A DNA stretch of 64,000 nt from an uncultured Candidatus Saccharibacteria bacterium (GCA_964618765.1 CAZUDZ010000003.1:18553-82552); one strand, 5' to 3'; positions 28,285-39,363 are shown, numbered from the stretch's first letter. The notes: generated from the letters alone by a model not told the origin. A program made the numbers and translations.

Positions 28285-31200
28285 ATGTTCACTCATCTAC
28301 ATCTACATACAGAGTTCTCTTTGCTGGATGCCACTATCAGAATTCCAGAATTAGTAGAAAAACTAAAGTTATCAGGTATGAACTCCTGTGCTATTACTGA
28401 TCATGGGAACATGTATGGGGTTTACAAATTTCAGAGTGCCATGAAGGAAGCTGGTCTTAAACCCATAATAGGGGCTGAGATATATATAGCTCCTAGAGAA
28501 ATGGATAAGAAGGAATTTGGTATAGATAACGAATATTTTCACTTAGTTGTATTAGCAAAGAATCTTAAGGGATACAAAAACTTAATGAAAATTGTATCTG
28601 TAGCCCATATGGAAGGTTTCTACTACAAACCCAGAATAGATGTAGAGACTTTAACTAAGTATAGCGAAGGTTTGATAGCTCTGTCGGCCTGCTTGGCAGG
28701 ACCAGTTAGTCGTCCCATTTTAAATAATGATTTTCCATTAGCTTTAAAAAGAGCCAAAGAGTACAAGGAGATTTTCAAAGAGAGTTTTTACATAGAAATT
28801 CAAAAGAATGGTATGGAGGAGCAAGAAATAGTTAATGAAGGGCTAATTAAAATAGCCAAGGAATTAGATTTGCCCTTAGTTGCAACATGCGATTCTCACT
28901 ACTTAAACAAGGAGGATGCAGAAATTCAAGAAATTCTTTGGTGTATAAATGATGGGAAGACAATGGACGACCCTTCAAGAAGAAGGATGCCTACGAATGA
29001 ATTCTATGTTAAGACTCCAGAGGAGATGGAAGAGCTTTTTAAGGATGTACCTGAGGCGATATCCAATACTCAGAAGATAACTGATCAAATAGAGGATTTT
29101 GATATAACTTTCGGAAGAATAGAGATTCCCTTTAAAGATCTACCTAAAGGTAAAACTGCTAGAGTGCATCTTCAAGAGTTAAGCTATGATGGTGCGAAGA
29201 AAAGGTATGGTGAATTAACTAAAGATACAAAAGAGAGAATAGATTATGAATTAAAAATAATACATGACAAGGGATACGATGACTACTTCCTCATAGTTAG
29301 AGATATTATTCAATTTTGTAAAAAGAATGACATAGTCGTAGGGATGCGAGGTTCAGGGTGTGGCTCTGTTGTAGCGTATGCGACGGGGATTACTGATATA
29401 GAGCCGATATCATGGGAGCTGTATTTTGAGAGATTTTTAAATCCTGAGAGACCAAGTCCTCCAGATTTCGATATAGATATTGCAGATCAAAGAAGAGATG
29501 AGGTCGTGCAGTATACAATTGAGAAATATGGGCAGGAGAATGTAAAACAGATTGGTACCTTTAGTAAGTTACAAACAAGACAGGCAATTAGAGATGTAGC
29601 TAGAGTAATTGATGTAGATTTGCAAATAGCAGACGAACTTTCCAAAATGGTTGAAATAGTATTCGGAAAGACAAAGAGCATTGATTACATGTTGGAACAT
29701 AATCCTGAGTTTGCCCAAATTATAAGGACTTCTGAGAAGACAAGACACCTTGCTGAGGTAGTTAGGAAGGTTTCTGGTTTGTGCCGAGGAGTTTCTACCC
29801 ATGCTTGTGGAATAATCATAACTCCTAATCCAGTAGTTGAGTATGTCCCAATTCAAAGGGATGCACATGGTGAGGGATTTGGAATGAGCCAGTACGAAAT
29901 GTCCGATCTAGAAGCTGTCGGTTTAATGAAGTTTGATTTTTTAGGTCTTCGAAACTTACACATAATCGGTTCTGCATTAAAAAAGATAGAGAAAGGAAAA
30001 GGTATTAAAATAGATTTAGCTAAAATAGATCCCAATGATGAGAAAGTTTACAAATTAATAAAATCAGGACATACCGTAGGAATTTTCCAACTGGAGAGTG
30101 AGGGGATGAAAAGAACTATTAAGCTACTAGAACCAGAGGATATGGAGGATATTTCTTACATATTAGCAGCGTATAGGCCGGGTCCTATGCAATTTATTTC
30201 GGAATATGCAAAAGTACAAAGAGGAGAGCAGGAGCCAGATTACATCATTGAAGATTTAAAACCGATTCTTGAGGTTACAAATGGTGTCATATCTTACCAA
30301 GAGCAAGTTATGAAGATAGCAGAGATAGTTGCGGGATACTCTTTAGGAGCTGCAGATAATCTTCGTAGAGCTATGGGGAAGAAAAAGCTGGATGTAATGA
30401 AGGCAGAAAAACCCGTTTTCATAAAGGGAGGTGTTAAAAAAGGGTATGAGAAGAAAGACATGGAAAAAATTTGGGAAAAGCTTCTTATGTTTGCTAACTA
30501 TGGTTTTAACAAAGCACACAGCGCCTCATACGCCACTATCGCATATTGGACAGCATACCTTAAGGTAAACTATCCATTAGAATACATGGCTGCTTTACTT
30601 GAGGGAGACTTGGAGAAATTTGACAGAGTTATTTTAGATTTAGGCGAGTGTGAAAGATTAGGCATTTCTGTTCTTGCCCCTGATATTAACAGAAGTGATT
30701 TCTACTTTAAGGTTGAAGATGAGAAAAACATCAGATTTGGCTTGGCTGGTATTAAAAATATCGGCCAAGATATTGTTAGGAAAATTGTTGAAGAGAAAGA
30801 GAAAAAAGGTGATTTTAAGCACCTAGATGATTTTGTACATAGAACATTTGATTTTGTTAACAAGAAAGCAATGGAGTATTTAATAATGGCAGGAACAATG
30901 GATCAGTTTGGAAACAGAGGAGCTCTCTTGGATATTCTAAATGACATATATGAAAGAGCCAAGCTAAGTAAGAAGACAGAAGAGATGGGTCAAATTGATA
31001 TCTTTGCAATGAACAAGTCCATGAATGGACACCCACAACAGAAAGAAAGTATTGCTAAAACACCACTTCCTACTGAGATTAAATCTGAAACTTCTCAGAT
31101 TCTACAGTGGGAGAAAGAGCTACTAGGTCTTTACTTCTCAAGTCATCCCCTAGATGATCTAGAGGAATTTTTCGAGACAAAGGATGTCGTCCCACTACTG

Positions 31201-31689
31201 GATGCTCTGGAGATAAAGAAGAACAACGACATTCTAGTACTTGGGGTTATGGTAACAAAAGTGAGAAAGATTACTACTAAAAAAGGAGAGGTAATGGCAT
31301 TTCTAACCATAGAGGATAAAACTGCCAAAACAGAGGCTGTTGTATTTCCCAGAGTATACAAGGACCTTAAGGATTCTCTTTCTGAAAACAAACCAATGCT
31401 AATTGCAGGAAGATTAAACGTAAGAGATGGCCAGAAGAGTGTCATAGTACAGAAGGCAAAATATATTGACCAGAAAAAATATTCCTCGAAATTCGAAGGA
31501 ATTACCTTTAGGATAACTCCGTTACACAGCGAAGCAGAAGTAGCCTCCTTAAAGGAATATATAAGGGAATCTTCAGGGGATACCCCAGTTAAAATAGTAG
31601 TTTCTGATGGTTTCAAAAAGAGGCGAGTTATATTAAAAAAGACTATCTCGATGTCCAAAGAGACAGAGGAGTGGCTTAAAAAGTTTTAA
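28285..31689 (+). CDS. dnaE: DNA polymerase III alpha subunit
   Basis: PHP domain 'HLHLHTEFSLLDA', polymerase core 'GLMKFDFLGLRNL', OB fold near the C-terminus; 1134 aa. Confidence 0.95.
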   Translation: MFTHLHLHTEFSLLDATIRIPELVEKLKLSGMNSCAITDHGNMYGVYKFQSAMKEAGLKPIIGAEIYIAPREMDKKEFGIDNEYFHLVVLAKNLKGYKNLMKIVSVAHMEGFYYKPRIDVETLTKYSEGLIALSACLAGPVSRPILNNDFPLALKRAKEYKEIFKESFYIEIQKNGMEEQEIVNEGLIKIAKELDLPLVATCDSHYLNKEDAEIQEILWCINDGKTMDDPSRRRMPTNEFYVKTPEEMEELFKDVPEAISNTQKITDQIEDFDITFGRIEIPFKDLPKGKTARVHLQELSYDGAKKRYGELTKDTKERIDYELKIIHDKGYDDYFLIVRDIIQFCKKNDIVVGMRGSGCGSVVAYATGITDIEPISWELYFERFLNPERPSPPDFDIDIADQRRDEVVQYTIEKYGQENVKQIGTFSKLQTRQAIRDVARVIDVDLQIADELSKMVEIVFGKTKSIDYMLEHNPEFAQIIRTSEKTRHLAEVVRKVSGLCRGVSTHACGIIITPNPVVEYVPIQRDAHGEGFGMSQYEMSDLEAVGLMKFDFLGLRNLHIIGSALKKIEKGKGIKIDLAKIDPNDEKVYKLIKSGHTVGIFQLESEGMKRTIKLLEPEDMEDISYILAAYRPGPMQFISEYAKVQRGEQEPDYIIEDLKPILEVTNGVISYQEQVMKIAEIVAGYSLGAADNLRRAMGKKKLDVMKAEKPVFIKGGVKKGYEKKDMEKIWEKLLMFANYGFNKAHSASYATIAYWTAYLKVNYPLEYMAALLEGDLEKFDRVILDLGECERLGISVLAPDINRSDFYFKVEDEKNIRFGLAGIKNIGQDIVRKIVEEKEKKGDFKHLDDFVHRTFDFVNKKAMEYLIMAGTMDQFGNRGALLDILNDIYERAKLSKKTEEMGQIDIFAMNKSMNGHPQQKESIAKTPLPTEIKSETSQILQWEKELLGLYFSSHPLDDLEEFFETKDVVPLLDALEIKKNNDILVLGVMVTKVRKITTKKGEVMAFLTIEDKTAKTEAVVFPRVYKDLKDSLSENKPMLIAGRLNVRDGQKSVIVQKAKYIDQKKYSSKFEGITFRITPLHSEAEVASLKEYIRESSGDTPVKIVVSDGFKKRRVILKKTISMSKETEEWLKKF

Positions 31690-31726
31690 TAGAAAGTATA
31701 GTAACTGATATAATCCATATGTATAT

Positions 31727-33250
31727 ATGGAAAACTCTTCACAATTAAAATTAAACCTTCTCCCAGAATCTCCTGGGATATATAAATTCCTCGATAAGAA
31801 GGGGAAGATACTTTACATAGGTAAAGCAATAAATCTTCGAAACAGAGTTAGGTCATACTTTTCTTCCGATTTGTATGATCGTCCTCGTATAAAACAGATG
31901 GTTCCATACATCTTTGATATCGAAATTACAGAAACAAACAATGAGATAGAATCCTTGGTTTTGGAATCAGCATTAATTAAAAAATACCAGCCATTCTACA
32001 ACTCTGATAAAAAGGATGATAAGTCATATGTATGGATATATATCTCTACTAAAGAAAAATTTCCTACAGTTAAGATAGTTCGCAAAATAAGCAACAAGGA
32101 ATTTAAAAAGGGAGTACTTTTTGGCCCATATCCCAGCAGTGCAGCTACTAAAAGAATCTTTACCTACTTAAGGAAAATATATCCCTTCTGTACTTGTAAA
32201 AAAGAAAACAGTAAGGAGTGTTTGTACTACCATTTAGGCCTCTGCCCAGGACCTCACCAGGGACATATCTCAGAGCAAGATTATCGAAAGAATATTAACG
32301 AGATTATAAAATTTTTAAAAGGGAGGAAAAGAGGACAGATTAAGGAAATGGAGAGACAGATGAGTGCATATTCCAAAGAAAGAAACTATGAAAAAGCAGC
32401 ACAGTTAAGAGATAGAGTGAATGATTTAAAATATTTAGGAGAGCAGATAGATCTCTTTCCCGAAGATACAGAGCAATCATATAAAGAAAGAAGAGAAGAG
32501 CTTCTTAAAAAACAATTCAGTGATCTTAAAAATGAATTGGGTTTAAAAGGGTTAGAAAGAATAGAGTGCTACGATATTTCTAACATCCAAGGTAAACAAG
32601 CGTACGGCTCAATGGTAGTCGCTGTTAATGGCCAGATAAGGAGAGATATGTATAGAATATTTAAGATAGATGACATTGAGGGTCCAAGTGATCCAGCTAT
32701 GCTCAGAAGGGTTTTAGAGAGGAGATTTGCGAAGGAGAATAGAGATAAGTATCCAAGAGTACCTGATATTATATTAATAGATGGAGGCAAATCACAGCTT
32801 GCAGCTGTTAGTTCTATGTATAAGGTTGATTCCTCAGTGGTTATTCCAAAAGAGATTACTCTTCTAGGAATCACAAAAGGAAAAAGATTGAAAAGGAAGG
32901 GAAGTAAACAAGTAGATGAATTTTGGCTCCTACTACAGAAGAATGAGGGTGACAAAAGCAGTAAACAGATTGAAAGAATTGATATATTGAATAGTAGTAT
33001 TCTAATAGACTTAAGAGATGAGGCTCATAGATTTGCTATTTTACATCATAGGAAATCTAGGATTAAAAACTCCAAACTCTCACAATTAAACAGAATACCT
33101 GGGGTAGGTTATAAAAGAAGGAAAGAGCTGATGAAGTATTTTAAAAGTGTAGATAATATTAAAAAAGCTACAGAGGAGGATATAAACAAGGTTTTAAATA
33201 ACGAGAAAGTTTCAAAAGAGGTGTTAAATTTCTTTAAAAGGAGTCAATAA
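31727..33250 (+). CDS. uvrC: Excinuclease ABC subunit C
   Basis: GIY-YIG 'GIYKFLDKKGKILYIGKAINLRNRVRSYF', UvrBC-interaction and RNase H-like endonuclease regions, C-terminal HhH. Confidence 0.9.
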   Translation: MENSSQLKLNLLPESPGIYKFLDKKGKILYIGKAINLRNRVRSYFSSDLYDRPRIKQMVPYIFDIEITETNNEIESLVLESALIKKYQPFYNSDKKDDKSYVWIYISTKEKFPTVKIVRKISNKEFKKGVLFGPYPSSAATKRIFTYLRKIYPFCTCKKENSKECLYYHLGLCPGPHQGHISEQDYRKNINEIIKFLKGRKRGQIKEMERQMSAYSKERNYEKAAQLRDRVNDLKYLGEQIDLFPEDTEQSYKERREELLKKQFSDLKNELGLKGLERIECYDISNIQGKQAYGSMVVAVNGQIRRDMYRIFKIDDIEGPSDPAMLRRVLERRFAKENRDKYPRVPDIILIDGGKSQLAAVSSMYKVDSSVVIPKEITLLGITKGKRLKRKGSKQVDEFWLLLQKNEGDKSSKQIERIDILNSSILIDLRDEAHRFAILHHRKSRIKNSKLSQLNRIPGVGYKRRKELMKYFKSVDNIKKATEEDINKVLNNEKVSKEVLNFFKRSQ

Positions 33251-33251
33251 A

Positions 33252-34415
33252 TTAATCCTTATGCATTCCTTGAGGTTCCATATTCGCAAGTATATATTCA
33301 AAAAATGATTCGTCCGAAGAATTAGAATGTATAACATAGGTAACTCCATCATAAGTGTTTGAGACAACAGCAACCGTGTCAGTTCGACCATTTGCATTAA
33401 TAGTCCCTTGGAGTGCTCTTCCATAGGAAGTATAGGTTAAAAGAGTGTTTGTGACTCCCCAAGTACTACCATTCTCTTCCTCCTGTGTAGAATTTAGAAT
33501 ATCTATATACTCATTTAAATAGTTATCTAAAACATCTCCTGATCGACCAATAGGGATTACAGCAACACTCTCTGCTGTTCCTATTTTCTTAAATTCTACA
33601 GTTCTGTAATCTTTGTAATCAGAGGTTCTGTAGGAAATAATATACTCTTTGGGAATTTTAACAATCCATGGAAAATCAGGAAGTAATTCCTGCAGATCTT
33701 TGGAAGCTAATAGTAGATCTCTCTCTATCTCTCTCTCTACCTTGTCCCGAAGACCTGTACTAGCTTGTTCAGTACTTACTGATTCATACCAAAGATCATT
33801 AAATTTAGAGTATATTCTTAATCCATGATCCTCTTTTACCCAATATTCCCCATGCTTCATCTCCTCAGAACCTACAGGTACAGAGAGAACATGTTCCCAG
33901 CCTAGTTGACCTAGAACATCTCTGTAATATTCGTATGCTTCTGCCACAGTTCTATTTAAAGGCAACCTGTAAGCAGAATTCCCAGAACTAACAAAGTTAG
34001 CAACAGATACCTCCTTCAAACTGTTCTGGAATATGAATTCAGAGCCAGGGTATGCTGGAATTTCATCTAAGCCAATAACATATTCAAGTGCTAAATCTTT
34101 TTCGTCTCCTGCAGTTCTTGTATTAATTATAAATCGTACTGATAGATACAATAGTCCAATAAATACTAGTGGAACAAATATGTAAACAAGTAAATAGGGG
34201 ATATGGAACTTTTTCATTCTTCTTTTTCTATGTCCATTTCTGAGATTTGATGCTGTTTGTTTTTTAAAAACGGATGCCTTTTTCCTCTTGACTACTCTAT
34301 CATTAGATTTCCTTTTAGGCATATATATCTTACCTCCTAGTTGTGACGATTGAGCAGGTTTCTTCTTTCTCTCTCTTTTGGGCCTTTTCTGTTTCTTCTT
34401 TTTTAATATGGGCAT
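33252..34415 (-). CDS. Hypothetical membrane protein with highly basic N-terminal tail
   Basis: ~65-aa K/R-rich N-terminus, one TM helix, then a ~300-aa extracytoplasmic domain; the start may be the internal Met. Confidence 0.35.
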   Translation of the reverse strand: MPILKKKKQKRPKRERKKKPAQSSQLGGKIYMPKRKSNDRVVKRKKASVFKKQTASNLRNGHRKRRMKKFHIPYLLVYIFVPLVFIGLLYLSVRFIINTRTAGDEKDLALEYVIGLDEIPAYPGSEFIFQNSLKEVSVANFVSSGNSAYRLPLNRTVAEAYEYYRDVLGQLGWEHVLSVPVGSEEMKHGEYWVKEDHGLRIYSKFNDLWYESVSTEQASTGLRDKVEREIERDLLLASKDLQELLPDFPWIVKIPKEYIISYRTSDYKDYRTVEFKKIGTAESVAVIPIGRSGDVLDNYLNEYIDILNSTQEEENGSTWGVTNTLLTYTSYGRALQGTINANGRTDTVAVVSNTYDGVTYVIHSNSSDESFFEYILANMEPQGMHKD

Positions 34416-34482
34416 ATGTTGAGTATTTTACAGTATATCTCGTTTTTATTTAACATACACATGTAGTATAATTTCTCTGTAT

Positions 34483-34554
34483 TGCGGGATCGTCTAATCG
34501 GTAGGACACCGGCCTTTGAAGCCGTCAATCATGGTTCGAGTCCATGTCCCGCAA
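34483..34554 (+). tRNA. tRNA-Gln(TTG)
   Basis: U1-A72 acceptor (TGCGGGA/TCCCGCA) as in bacterial tRNA-Gln, 3-bp D-stem, anticodon loop CTTTGAA, T-arm CATGG-TTCGAGT-CCATG. Confidence 0.75.
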
Positions 34555-34578
34555 TTGAAATCTGTTTAATATATTTCC

Positions 34579-34812
34579 TTACTCTCTTAGAGAAAGTAGT
34601 AGACTAGAAATTTTTTCAGAGATATTACAAATAACAGTATTAGGTTCAGGGATTCCGATTACATCTAAAATGTTTTCCAACTCTTCATCTGTAGTAAGAA
34701 TTCTATTCTCACCCTGCAGGTTTTCTACTGCTATTTTTAGCTTTTCATTTTCAACACAGCTTGCCAATGTAAGTAGCTCTTCTCTTGAAAGGGTTAATAT
34801 TCCTCTTTTCAT
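34579..34812 (-). CDS. Hypothetical small protein
   Basis: 77-aa ORF between tRNA-Gln and uvrB; no motif recognised. Confidence 0.25.
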   Translation of the reverse strand: MKRGILTLSREELLTLASCVENEKLKIAVENLQGENRILTTDEELENILDVIGIPEPNTVICNISEKISSLLLSLRE

Positions 34813-34841
34813 GTTCTAATCCTACATTTTTCTTTCAGTAA

Positions 34842-36803
34842 TTACAAACTAGCCTTTATTTCCTTGATTTCATCTCTAAGGTTAGCTGCTTTCTCAAACT
34901 GTAAATTGTCAGCAGATATTAGCATATCTCTTTCTAAGGTTTTGATAAGAAGTTTTTTCTGTTTCTCATCTAATTTCTCAATCTCTATATCAACCTTCTC
35001 ATCTTCCTCTTTCTCAACTAATCTCCCCCTTATCTCTTTCTCAATAGTCTTAGGAGTAATGTTGTGTTTCTTGTTGTATTCAATTTGATACTCTCTTCTT
35101 CTTTTAGTCTCATTTATTGCATATCTCATACTCTCGGTGATTTTATCTGCATACATAATGACTCTTCCTTCTACATGTCTAGCTGCTCTTCCAATTGTCT
35201 GAACAAGAGAGACTTTTGACCTTAGGAATCCTTCTTTGTCTGCATCTAGTATGATAACTAGGGAGACCTCAGGCAAGTCAATCCCTTCTCTTAATAGATT
35301 TATTCCTACTAGTACATCATACTCTCCTAATCTTAGATCTCTTAATATATCAACTCTCTCTATTGTATCGATATCAGAGTGTAAGTACTGAACTTTTATA
35401 TTCAGATCCTTAAGAAAGGAGCTTAAATCTTCAGCCATTCGTTTTGTAAGGGTAGTAACCAAAACTCTTTGCCCCTTAGCTATATTTGCATTAATTTCCC
35501 CAATAGCGTCATCTATCTGCCCTTCGGTTTCTCTTACCTGCACGACTGGGTCTAGTAGTCCAGTTGGTCTTGTTAATAGTTCAACTACATTTTTATTACT
35601 GTCTCTTATCTCCCACTCTGATGGAGTAGCTGAAAAGTATACGGTAGTGCCCTGCCTTTTTTGGAACTCCTTGAAATTAAGAGGTCGATTATCCCTTGCA
35701 GTAGGAAGTCTAAATCCATACTCTATGAGGTTGTCCTTTCTGGCTTTGTCACCATTGTACATACCTCCTATTTGAGGAATAGTAATATGGGATTCATCTA
35801 TAAATAGGAGGTACTCTTCTGGGAAGTAATCAAGGAGGGTATATGGAGGCTCTCCAGGCTTACGACCATCAAAGTAGATACTGTAATTTTCCATGCTTTT
35901 ACAGTAACCGACCTGCTCAAGCATCTCAATATCATAATTAGTTTTTTGCTCTAATCTGTATGCCTCTAGTTTCTTTCCAATATTATTTAAAAAGTCTACC
36001 CGTTTCCTCAGATCTTTGCGTATTTGCTCCACTGCATTCTTAATTATATCCTCAGAGTACACAAGAGAAGTTGCCGGGAAGATTAAGATTTCTTTTAAAT
36101 CTTCTATTTTTTGTTTAGATATGGGATGTACTTTCACAATGTTTTCTATTTTGTTTCCCCATAATTCAATTCTAAAAGAAAATTCCTCATATGGTGGGAA
36201 TATCTCAATGATATCTCCTGTTACCCTAAACACTCCTGTGGTGAAATCCATACTATCCCTTGTGTATCTCATTGATACAAGTTCTAAAGAAACAGTTGAT
36301 ATGTCAACTTCTTGTCCGATGTAAAAAGAGATACTTCTATTCTCATAATTGCTTGGATTCCCAATATTATATATACAAGACACTGAGGCTACGACAAGAG
36401 TATCTCTCCTTGTAATAGCGGCATTCATAGCTCCAAATCTTAAGTTTTCAATCTCTTTGTTTACTTCAGACTCTTTCTCAATATACAGATCCTTTGCAGG
36501 AAGATATGCTTCTGGTTGGTAGTAATCATAGTATGATACGAAATATTTAACAGCATTATCTGGGAAAAACTCTTTAAATTCCTCATACAGTTGTGCGGCG
36601 AGTGTTTTGTTATGGGAGATTACTAAGGTTGGTCTGTTTAATTTGTTTACAATATTTGCCATTACAAATGTTTTCCCAGATCCTGTTACTCCTAAAAAGG
36701 TTTGTTTCTGTTTTTTCTCTAAGACACCATCTACAACCTCCTGAATGGCTTTCTCTTGGTCAGGAGGCTGTTTAAATGGTGAAGCTAACTTAAATTGATC
36801 CAT
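34842..36803 (-). CDS. uvrB: Excinuclease ABC subunit B
   Basis: Walker A 'GVTGSGKTFVMANIV', helicase motifs, C-terminal UVR domain 'EKAANLRDEIKEIKASL'. Confidence 0.95.
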   Translation of the reverse strand: MDQFKLASPFKQPPDQEKAIQEVVDGVLEKKQKQTFLGVTGSGKTFVMANIVNKLNRPTLVISHNKTLAAQLYEEFKEFFPDNAVKYFVSYYDYYQPEAYLPAKDLYIEKESEVNKEIENLRFGAMNAAITRRDTLVVASVSCIYNIGNPSNYENRSISFYIGQEVDISTVSLELVSMRYTRDSMDFTTGVFRVTGDIIEIFPPYEEFSFRIELWGNKIENIVKVHPISKQKIEDLKEILIFPATSLVYSEDIIKNAVEQIRKDLRKRVDFLNNIGKKLEAYRLEQKTNYDIEMLEQVGYCKSMENYSIYFDGRKPGEPPYTLLDYFPEEYLLFIDESHITIPQIGGMYNGDKARKDNLIEYGFRLPTARDNRPLNFKEFQKRQGTTVYFSATPSEWEIRDSNKNVVELLTRPTGLLDPVVQVRETEGQIDDAIGEINANIAKGQRVLVTTLTKRMAEDLSSFLKDLNIKVQYLHSDIDTIERVDILRDLRLGEYDVLVGINLLREGIDLPEVSLVIILDADKEGFLRSKVSLVQTIGRAARHVEGRVIMYADKITESMRYAINETKRRREYQIEYNKKHNITPKTIEKEIRGRLVEKEEDEKVDIEIEKLDEKQKKLLIKTLERDMLISADNLQFEKAANLRDEIKEIKASL

Positions 36804-36836
36804 GGTGTATTTTAGCAGATATATAGATGTGTTAGA

Positions 36837-38645
36837 ATGATAAATATGTCAAAACCGAAGTTAAACAAACTTACAGAACAGGTAATTAATCAGATAGCGG
36901 CTGGGGAAGTTATAGAGAGACCCTCTTCTGTTGTAAAAGAATTAATAGATAATGCAGTAGATGCTCAAGCAAGTAAGATAGAGATTAAGATTAAGAATGG
37001 AGGTTTGGATCTCATTGAAGTCTCTGACAACGGTATTGGGATTCCTAGTGAGAATATGTCATTGATATTTGATTCTCATACAACATCGAAGATAAAGGAT
37101 ATTGAGGATTTAAATACTCTGTTGAGCATGGGTTTCAGAGGTGAGGCTCTTTCAACAATAACGTCTGTTTCAGAAGTCATACTTACTTCAAAATATGAGC
37201 AGGAGGAATTTGGTAGTGAGATAAAGTTTGATGAAAAAGGTAAATCTGAGGTGAAGAAAACTGCCAAGGAGAGAGGGAGTACAGTAAGAGTTGAGAATAT
37301 CTTTTACAATGTCCCTGCAAGAAGAAAATATCTTAAAACAGCTCAAACAGAATACAGGAAAATATATGAATTACTGTGTAACTATTTCTTAATCTATCCT
37401 AACATTCGCTTTACATTAGAAAAAGATGGGAAAGTTTCTAAAAACCTCCCCTCAGTTATCAATGCCAATTCTGGTGAAATTACAAAAGAAAGAGTAGAGG
37501 AGGTAGTAGGAGAATCAGAAAACTTTCTCAAACTTTTTTACGAAGGGTCGGGTATAAAGGTTAGCGGATATATTGCACACCCTAGCACACACTCAAGTAG
37601 ATCCTCTAAACTGTATATATTTGTAAATAATCGACCAGTAGTAGACAGAGGAATAGTCAGAGCTGTCTATGAAGGCTATTCTAGATACTTACCATACGGT
37701 GAGAAGATCGATTTTGTTGTAAATATAAAAATCAATCCTGAGATTGTAGATGTGAATGTACACCCAAGGAAAGAAGAGGTTCGTTTTGAAAACCCATACA
37801 GAGTATATTCTGCTATAGAGTCTGCAGTAAAACATACTTTAGAGAAGGAGTTTTCTTTTAGTGATGTTTCTTCCGATAGTAGTAAAAGAGACTTCGCTTC
37901 AATGAGGAAATCATTCAGAAGCTCAGATTCTGAACCAAAACAGTATCAATCTCCAAACATATATATGGGCAAAAGATCAAACTCTGTAAAGGATTCTCTA
38001 CTTTTTTCCAAAGAGCTACTAGAGCAGAAACCTCAACCCGATCAGGATCTTTTGTTGGGGAGTGAGGAGAATGGTATTGTAAATATGTTTCAGGTATTTA
38101 ATAAGTATATAGTTATAGAGTTTAACAATGAGGAGCTTTGGATCGTAGATCAACATGCAGCTGCTGAGAGAATTAACTTTGAGAAGCTTTTGAGAGGGAA
38201 AGATAAGATCGATATACAGAGCTATCTTGTTCCGGTAACAGTGAAATTAAAAGAAGAAGAAGCAATGTTTTTAAAAGAATTTAAAGAGTTTTTTAGTAAT
38301 ATAGGAATAGAGTATGATCTTGAAGAGAAGGGAGTGAAGCTTAAATCAGTACCTGTAGAATTTGCTAATTCAGATTTCTCAGAGGTATTTAAGGAAATAT
38401 TCTCCCTAGAAGATGATACAGAAACTTTAACGAAAAACTTTAAAAGATTGAAGGAAAATGTATTAGCTACAATATCATGTCATAGTAGTATTAGAAGTGG
38501 CCAAAAACTCTCCAAGGAAGAGATGTATAATATATATAGTGATCTCTTACACTGTAGAAATCCATATAGTTGTCCTCACGGTCGCCCAGCAGTATGGAAA
38601 CTAACTCTAAAAGAGATTGATAGTAATTTCGAAAGAACATATTAA
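36837..38645 (+). CDS. mutL: DNA mismatch repair protein MutL
   Basis: GHKL ATPase N-terminus 'INQIAAGEVIERPSSVVKELIDNAVDA...DNGIGI' plus a C-terminal dimerisation domain. Confidence 0.9.
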   Translation: MINMSKPKLNKLTEQVINQIAAGEVIERPSSVVKELIDNAVDAQASKIEIKIKNGGLDLIEVSDNGIGIPSENMSLIFDSHTTSKIKDIEDLNTLLSMGFRGEALSTITSVSEVILTSKYEQEEFGSEIKFDEKGKSEVKKTAKERGSTVRVENIFYNVPARRKYLKTAQTEYRKIYELLCNYFLIYPNIRFTLEKDGKVSKNLPSVINANSGEITKERVEEVVGESENFLKLFYEGSGIKVSGYIAHPSTHSSRSSKLYIFVNNRPVVDRGIVRAVYEGYSRYLPYGEKIDFVVNIKINPEIVDVNVHPRKEEVRFENPYRVYSAIESAVKHTLEKEFSFSDVSSDSSKRDFASMRKSFRSSDSEPKQYQSPNIYMGKRSNSVKDSLLFSKELLEQKPQPDQDLLLGSEENGIVNMFQVFNKYIVIEFNNEELWIVDQHAAAERINFEKLLRGKDKIDIQSYLVPVTVKLKEEEAMFLKEFKEFFSNIGIEYDLEEKGVKLKSVPVEFANSDFSEVFKEIFSLEDDTETLTKNFKRLKENVLATISCHSSIRSGQKLSKEEMYNIYSDLLHCRNPYSCPHGRPAVWKLTLKEIDSNFERTY

Positions 38646-39361
38646 TGAAAAAAGGAACTTTGTATCTAATCCCAACGCCAATAAGCGAGCAACAAGAGAT
38701 GAGTGATATTCTGTTGCCTGACTATCTTAAATTAGTATCTAATTTAGAGTATTTTGTTGTGGAGAAAGGCAAGGTAGCTAGAAAATTCTTAACACAGCTT
38801 CCTCTAAAGAAGAAAGTACAGGAACTTAATATTGAAGAGTTAGATAAGCACTCAGAAGATGAAGATCTAGAGAAATTCCTCAGACCACTTTTAGAAGGCA
38901 AAGACTTAGGTTTAATGTCAGATGCCGGAGTTCCTACAGTAGCAGATCCAGGATTTAAAATAGTAGCTTTAGCGCAGAAACACTCCATTAAAATCACTCC
39001 ATTAGTAGGTCCCTCTTCTATATTACTTGCTCTAATGGCGTCTGGTTTGAACGGACAAAGTTTTACCTTCCATGGATACCTATCAAGGGAAAAAGGCTTA
39101 AAGAGAAAAAAGATTAAAACTCTAGAAAGAATTGCACAAAGCACAAATCAAACGCAAATCTTTATGGAAACTCCATACAGAAATCAATCAATGTTAGAAG
39201 ACATTTTAGATGTGTGTGAAGAAGAGACTTTACTATGTATTGCTATGGATATAATGGGGGAAAAGGAGCTTCTCTCTACAAGAAGTATTCTTCAGTGGAA
39301 GGAAGTAAATATTAATCTTGAGAAAAAACCGTGTCTATTTTTAATAAATAAGAATATATAA
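38645..39361 (+). CDS. rsmI: 16S rRNA (cytidine1402-2'-O)-methyltransferase RsmI
   Basis: 'GTLYLIPTPI' start, 'SDAGVPTVADPG' and 'PLVGPSSILLALMASG', typical of RsmI (tetrapyrrole-methylase fold). Confidence 0.8.
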   Translation: MKKGTLYLIPTPISEQQEMSDILLPDYLKLVSNLEYFVVEKGKVARKFLTQLPLKKKVQELNIEELDKHSEDEDLEKFLRPLLEGKDLGLMSDAGVPTVADPGFKIVALAQKHSIKITPLVGPSSILLALMASGLNGQSFTFHGYLSREKGLKRKKIKTLERIAQSTNQTQIFMETPYRNQSMLEDILDVCEEETLLCIAMDIMGEKELLSTRSILQWKEVNINLEKKPCLFLINKNI

Positions 39362-39363
39362 GT

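Noticed and set aside
31697-31706. Shared 9-mer AGTATAGTA upstream of both uvrC and lexA as a common operator
   Set aside because: It is not palindromic, and the chance of a shared 9-mer between two AT-rich ~100-nt spacers is appreciable. It is absent upstream of uvrB/mutL and dnaE.
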